From the NCBI RefSeq assembly GCF_006345805.1, contig NC_043004.1, positions 39,494,001-39,558,000 of the forward strand: a DNA stretch of 64,000 nucleotides. Direction: 5' to 3'. Of the stretch, positions 61,265 to 64,000 are shown piece after piece. Position 1 is the stretch's first letter; each line of letters opens with the position of its first letter. The notes beneath the pieces are model-generated. The model ran no database searches and was not told where the DNA came from. It saw only the letters and a program-made list of their open reading frames with translations. The DNA is from Octopus sinensis (taxonomy: Eukaryota). A program made the translations under genes and the position numbers.

Positions 61265-62714
61265 GTAAGACGGTTTAATTTTACCTGCCAATTACAAGAA
61301 CGGCTCCTTGACTGTCTTCCACACGGTTTCATTTCGCTAAATTTCACCAATGACATTTTGGTCGATTCACCTTATTTTTAGATACCTCGGATCAACTTCT
61401 TCTCAGGTATAATTGACATAGGTTCCAAGTTGTTGCTGTAAAACACTTAAGAAATGGAATTAGATAAACGGTACTTCGCTGCCAAATGCAATTTATCATT
61501 GTTATTTCGAGAGGGTTTCCAATGTGTTTCATCTTACTATTGTAACCACTACAAACTTAACTATAATATGAAGTACTTTGGCACAGTATCACACTTCCAC
61601 TGTCTCTCTCTCCCACCCTCACTCTTTTACACATACTTTGCCTTTCTCATTCCTCCCACTTCTCTCTCTTAAACACATTCTTTTTCCCCCCTCTTTATCT
61701 ATTTTCCTTTATTTGTTTCTCTGCCAAATAATTTATGCTGGATAATTGTCAGGGTATGCTTCAAAGTATAACCGTGCCGTTTCGCGAGCGAGTTTACAAC
61801 CGAGCATTTTACAACTAAGCATTTATTTGTGTGTATGTGTGTGCTTTAACCCTAAGTCGGTTCATATCTAGCAGACCTATGATCAGCTGTGAAAATCCCA
61901 TCTAAATTCTAAGCACTTTTATATTTTAAAACTATTTTCTAGTGTCTATCCTTTTAAAGACAGCAGAGTGTGATAAAGAAAAATATTCCACTGTCATTTC
62001 TAGCACATAAGCTGCTGAACAGAGATACCCTCGTCATCACGCAGTCTGTCAACTTTCCCCTACATTTGACGCTATACGCACAAATTGTTGCTTCTCACTC
62101 GAAATTCTGTACGCATGCATCTGTGTGCATGTAAATATGTAGATAGATAATCACTGCTCTGTCCTTCACAAATGATTGCCGTCTCCTTGCGCTTTCTCTT
62201 TGTCAATGGCATTTCTGACTTTCCATCCATGACACCTCAGATGACTATTCAGTATTGCTGCTTTGTAATTGTATGCTTTCAACTGGTTAGGTTTACACAC
62301 GTCACCAATCTTCCATCGTCATTGAACTTTCAGTAGAGGCAATGACACGTGATAAATGATGTTACCAGAAAGAGATATTTGTACGCCATTGATTTATAGT
62401 GATAAACGGGTATACAACACGGGTATCACTCTCTGAGTCTCCGTGATTAGTACCTAGTGACAGGCCGAAACAAGAGGAAACAGGAAACCGCAGGTTTCAC
62501 ATCGGAGTGTCTCTCTCTAAGAGGAATGTTGTGGCAACAGCTAGAGGGTTCCTTACTTTCGGTGGTTTTATTTATATGCTAATTAACCCATAGCTGGGAC
62601 ACTTTCAGGTGTTACTGTTCCGTGTCAGAATAGTTCTGGGAGCCAAAGGGGCTAAGAGATGATTATACACCTCTTAGGAAACATTTATTTCACGCTGACT
62701 TTAGGAATACACTG

Positions 62715-63048
62715 ACTTGAGGGAACATTTGTTCACGCTGAGAGTTGCTGAAGCATGGAACAAACTGCCGGCATCAGTTGTTTGTTGTCGGAGCACCGCA
62801 TCCTTCAAAACTTCCATGCTTTCTGAGATTCACCAACACTATACCTGATTTAAATGCTTTCTGAGATTCGCAAACACTACACCTGATTTTCTCCCCTCCA
62901 TACACACACAAGCATGTATCTGACTCATACATTGTTCGCTTTCCAGACATTTGTACATTACTGCATATACTCTATATGCACTTTCTGACAAGTTGTGGTG
63001 CACCTGAGCACTGTATACAATAATTTCATTATTATCATTATTATTATT
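62715..63048 (+). mobile_element. CR1/L2-group LINE 3' end with (ATT)n tail
   Basis: REHLFTLRVAEAWNKLPASVV..RSTASFK matches the FFs.RV...WN.LP..VV...S...FK C-terminal motif, followed by a 3' UTR and ATT repeats. Confidence 0.8.
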
Positions 63049-63115
63049 TTACACTCCTCACAACCCTGGAATCCTATGATACAGTTTAAAAGTCATACCC
63101 AGAATATACACACGC

Positions 63116-63158
<43 letters not shown>

Positions 63159-63431
63159 CGCATACACACGCATTTACTCGATACGGAGGTGCAGTCTAAA
63201 TTATCTTATTAGATAGAAATACAAAATCACAGTGACAACAAATTTTGCCCCCAAATACTTCGACGAGTCGAAGTATCATTATACGCGGAATTTCGAGGTT
63301 ACAGTAACTCTAACGCCTTGAATTTTTAGACGAAATTATTGACTCCAGTACTTATTTTTGCTTTAAGGCTAGTACTTATTTTATCGCTCTCTTTTGCCGA
63401 ACCGCTAAGTTACGGAGATGTGTGAATATGA

Positions 63432-63459
<28 letters not shown>

Positions 63460-63465
<6 letters not shown>

Positions 63466-63776
63466 TCTACTGAAGGCACAAGGCTTATCATTTGGGGTAA
63501 GGGACTAGTCGATTACATCGACCCCAGTGTTTAACTGGTACTTAATTCATCAAATAATAATAATAATGGTTTCAAATTTTGCCTCATGGGCAGTTATTTT
63601 GGGGGAAGGGATGAGTCAATTACATTGACCCTAGTGTTTTACTGGTACTTAATTTATCGACCCCAACAGAAAGAAGGGTAAAGTCGACCTCGGCGGAATT
63701 TGAACTCAGAACGTAGTGACGGGCGAAAAGCCGCTAAACATTTTGCCCGGCGCGGTAACGATTCTGCCAGCTCACC
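63460..63776 (-). mobile_element. SINE family A copy plus tail fragment among (AAT)n repeats
   Basis: AAAGTCGACCTCGGCGGAATTTGAACTCAGAACG...CTGCCAGCTCACC. Confidence 0.8.
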
Positions 63777-63906
63777 AAATAATAATAATAATAATAATAA
63801 TAATAATTCACTGCCCTAGCTGTCAGGAAGGTACTCAGCAAGAAATGGAAACATAATTGAAAGATACTAATGAAAATAATAACAGTGGCAGTAGTAGTAG
63901 AAGCTG

Positions 63907-63941
<35 letters not shown>

Positions 63942-64000
63942 TAGTAGTAGTAGAATCTGAAACAGCTCAGCACAAATACCTTCACATACACACATCGCGA

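Overview
AT-rich eukaryotic genomic DNA saturated with microsatellites and transposon debris. The SINE families and their density look like an octopus (coleoid cephalopod) genome; this is recognition from memory, not a database result. There is no intact protein-coding gene, rRNA, true tRNA or CRISPR array, and nearly all ORFs in the supplied track are translations of simple repeats. Supported content: (1) about 40 copies or fragments of four tRNA-derived SINE types that swap heads and tails; (2) Penelope-like element (PLE) remnants, including an RT-thumb plus GIY-YIG copy at 13294-15440 with a CCAAT/CRE/TATA promoter array and a second GIY-YIG type at 2137-2551; (3) at least seven hammerhead-ribozyme-like motifs, mostly on short non-coding units inserted in (TA)n tracts, two of them with a U3:A8 core variant; (4) RTE and CR1-like LINE 3' fragments; (5) Tc1/mariner remnants, two 8-bp-TSD MITEs with GG-starting TIRs and a HINE-like element; (6) four fold-back palindromes of about 290-480 bp; (7) a few candidate plus-strand exons of an unidentified long-intron gene, best at 29188-29341, 48173-48270 and 61110-61264; (8) a 100-N assembly gap. 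The best candidate for an undescribed system is the set of small hammerhead-carrying, TA-targeting non-autonomous elements and their fold-back derivatives. All structures were read by eye, with no alignments or folding computed.
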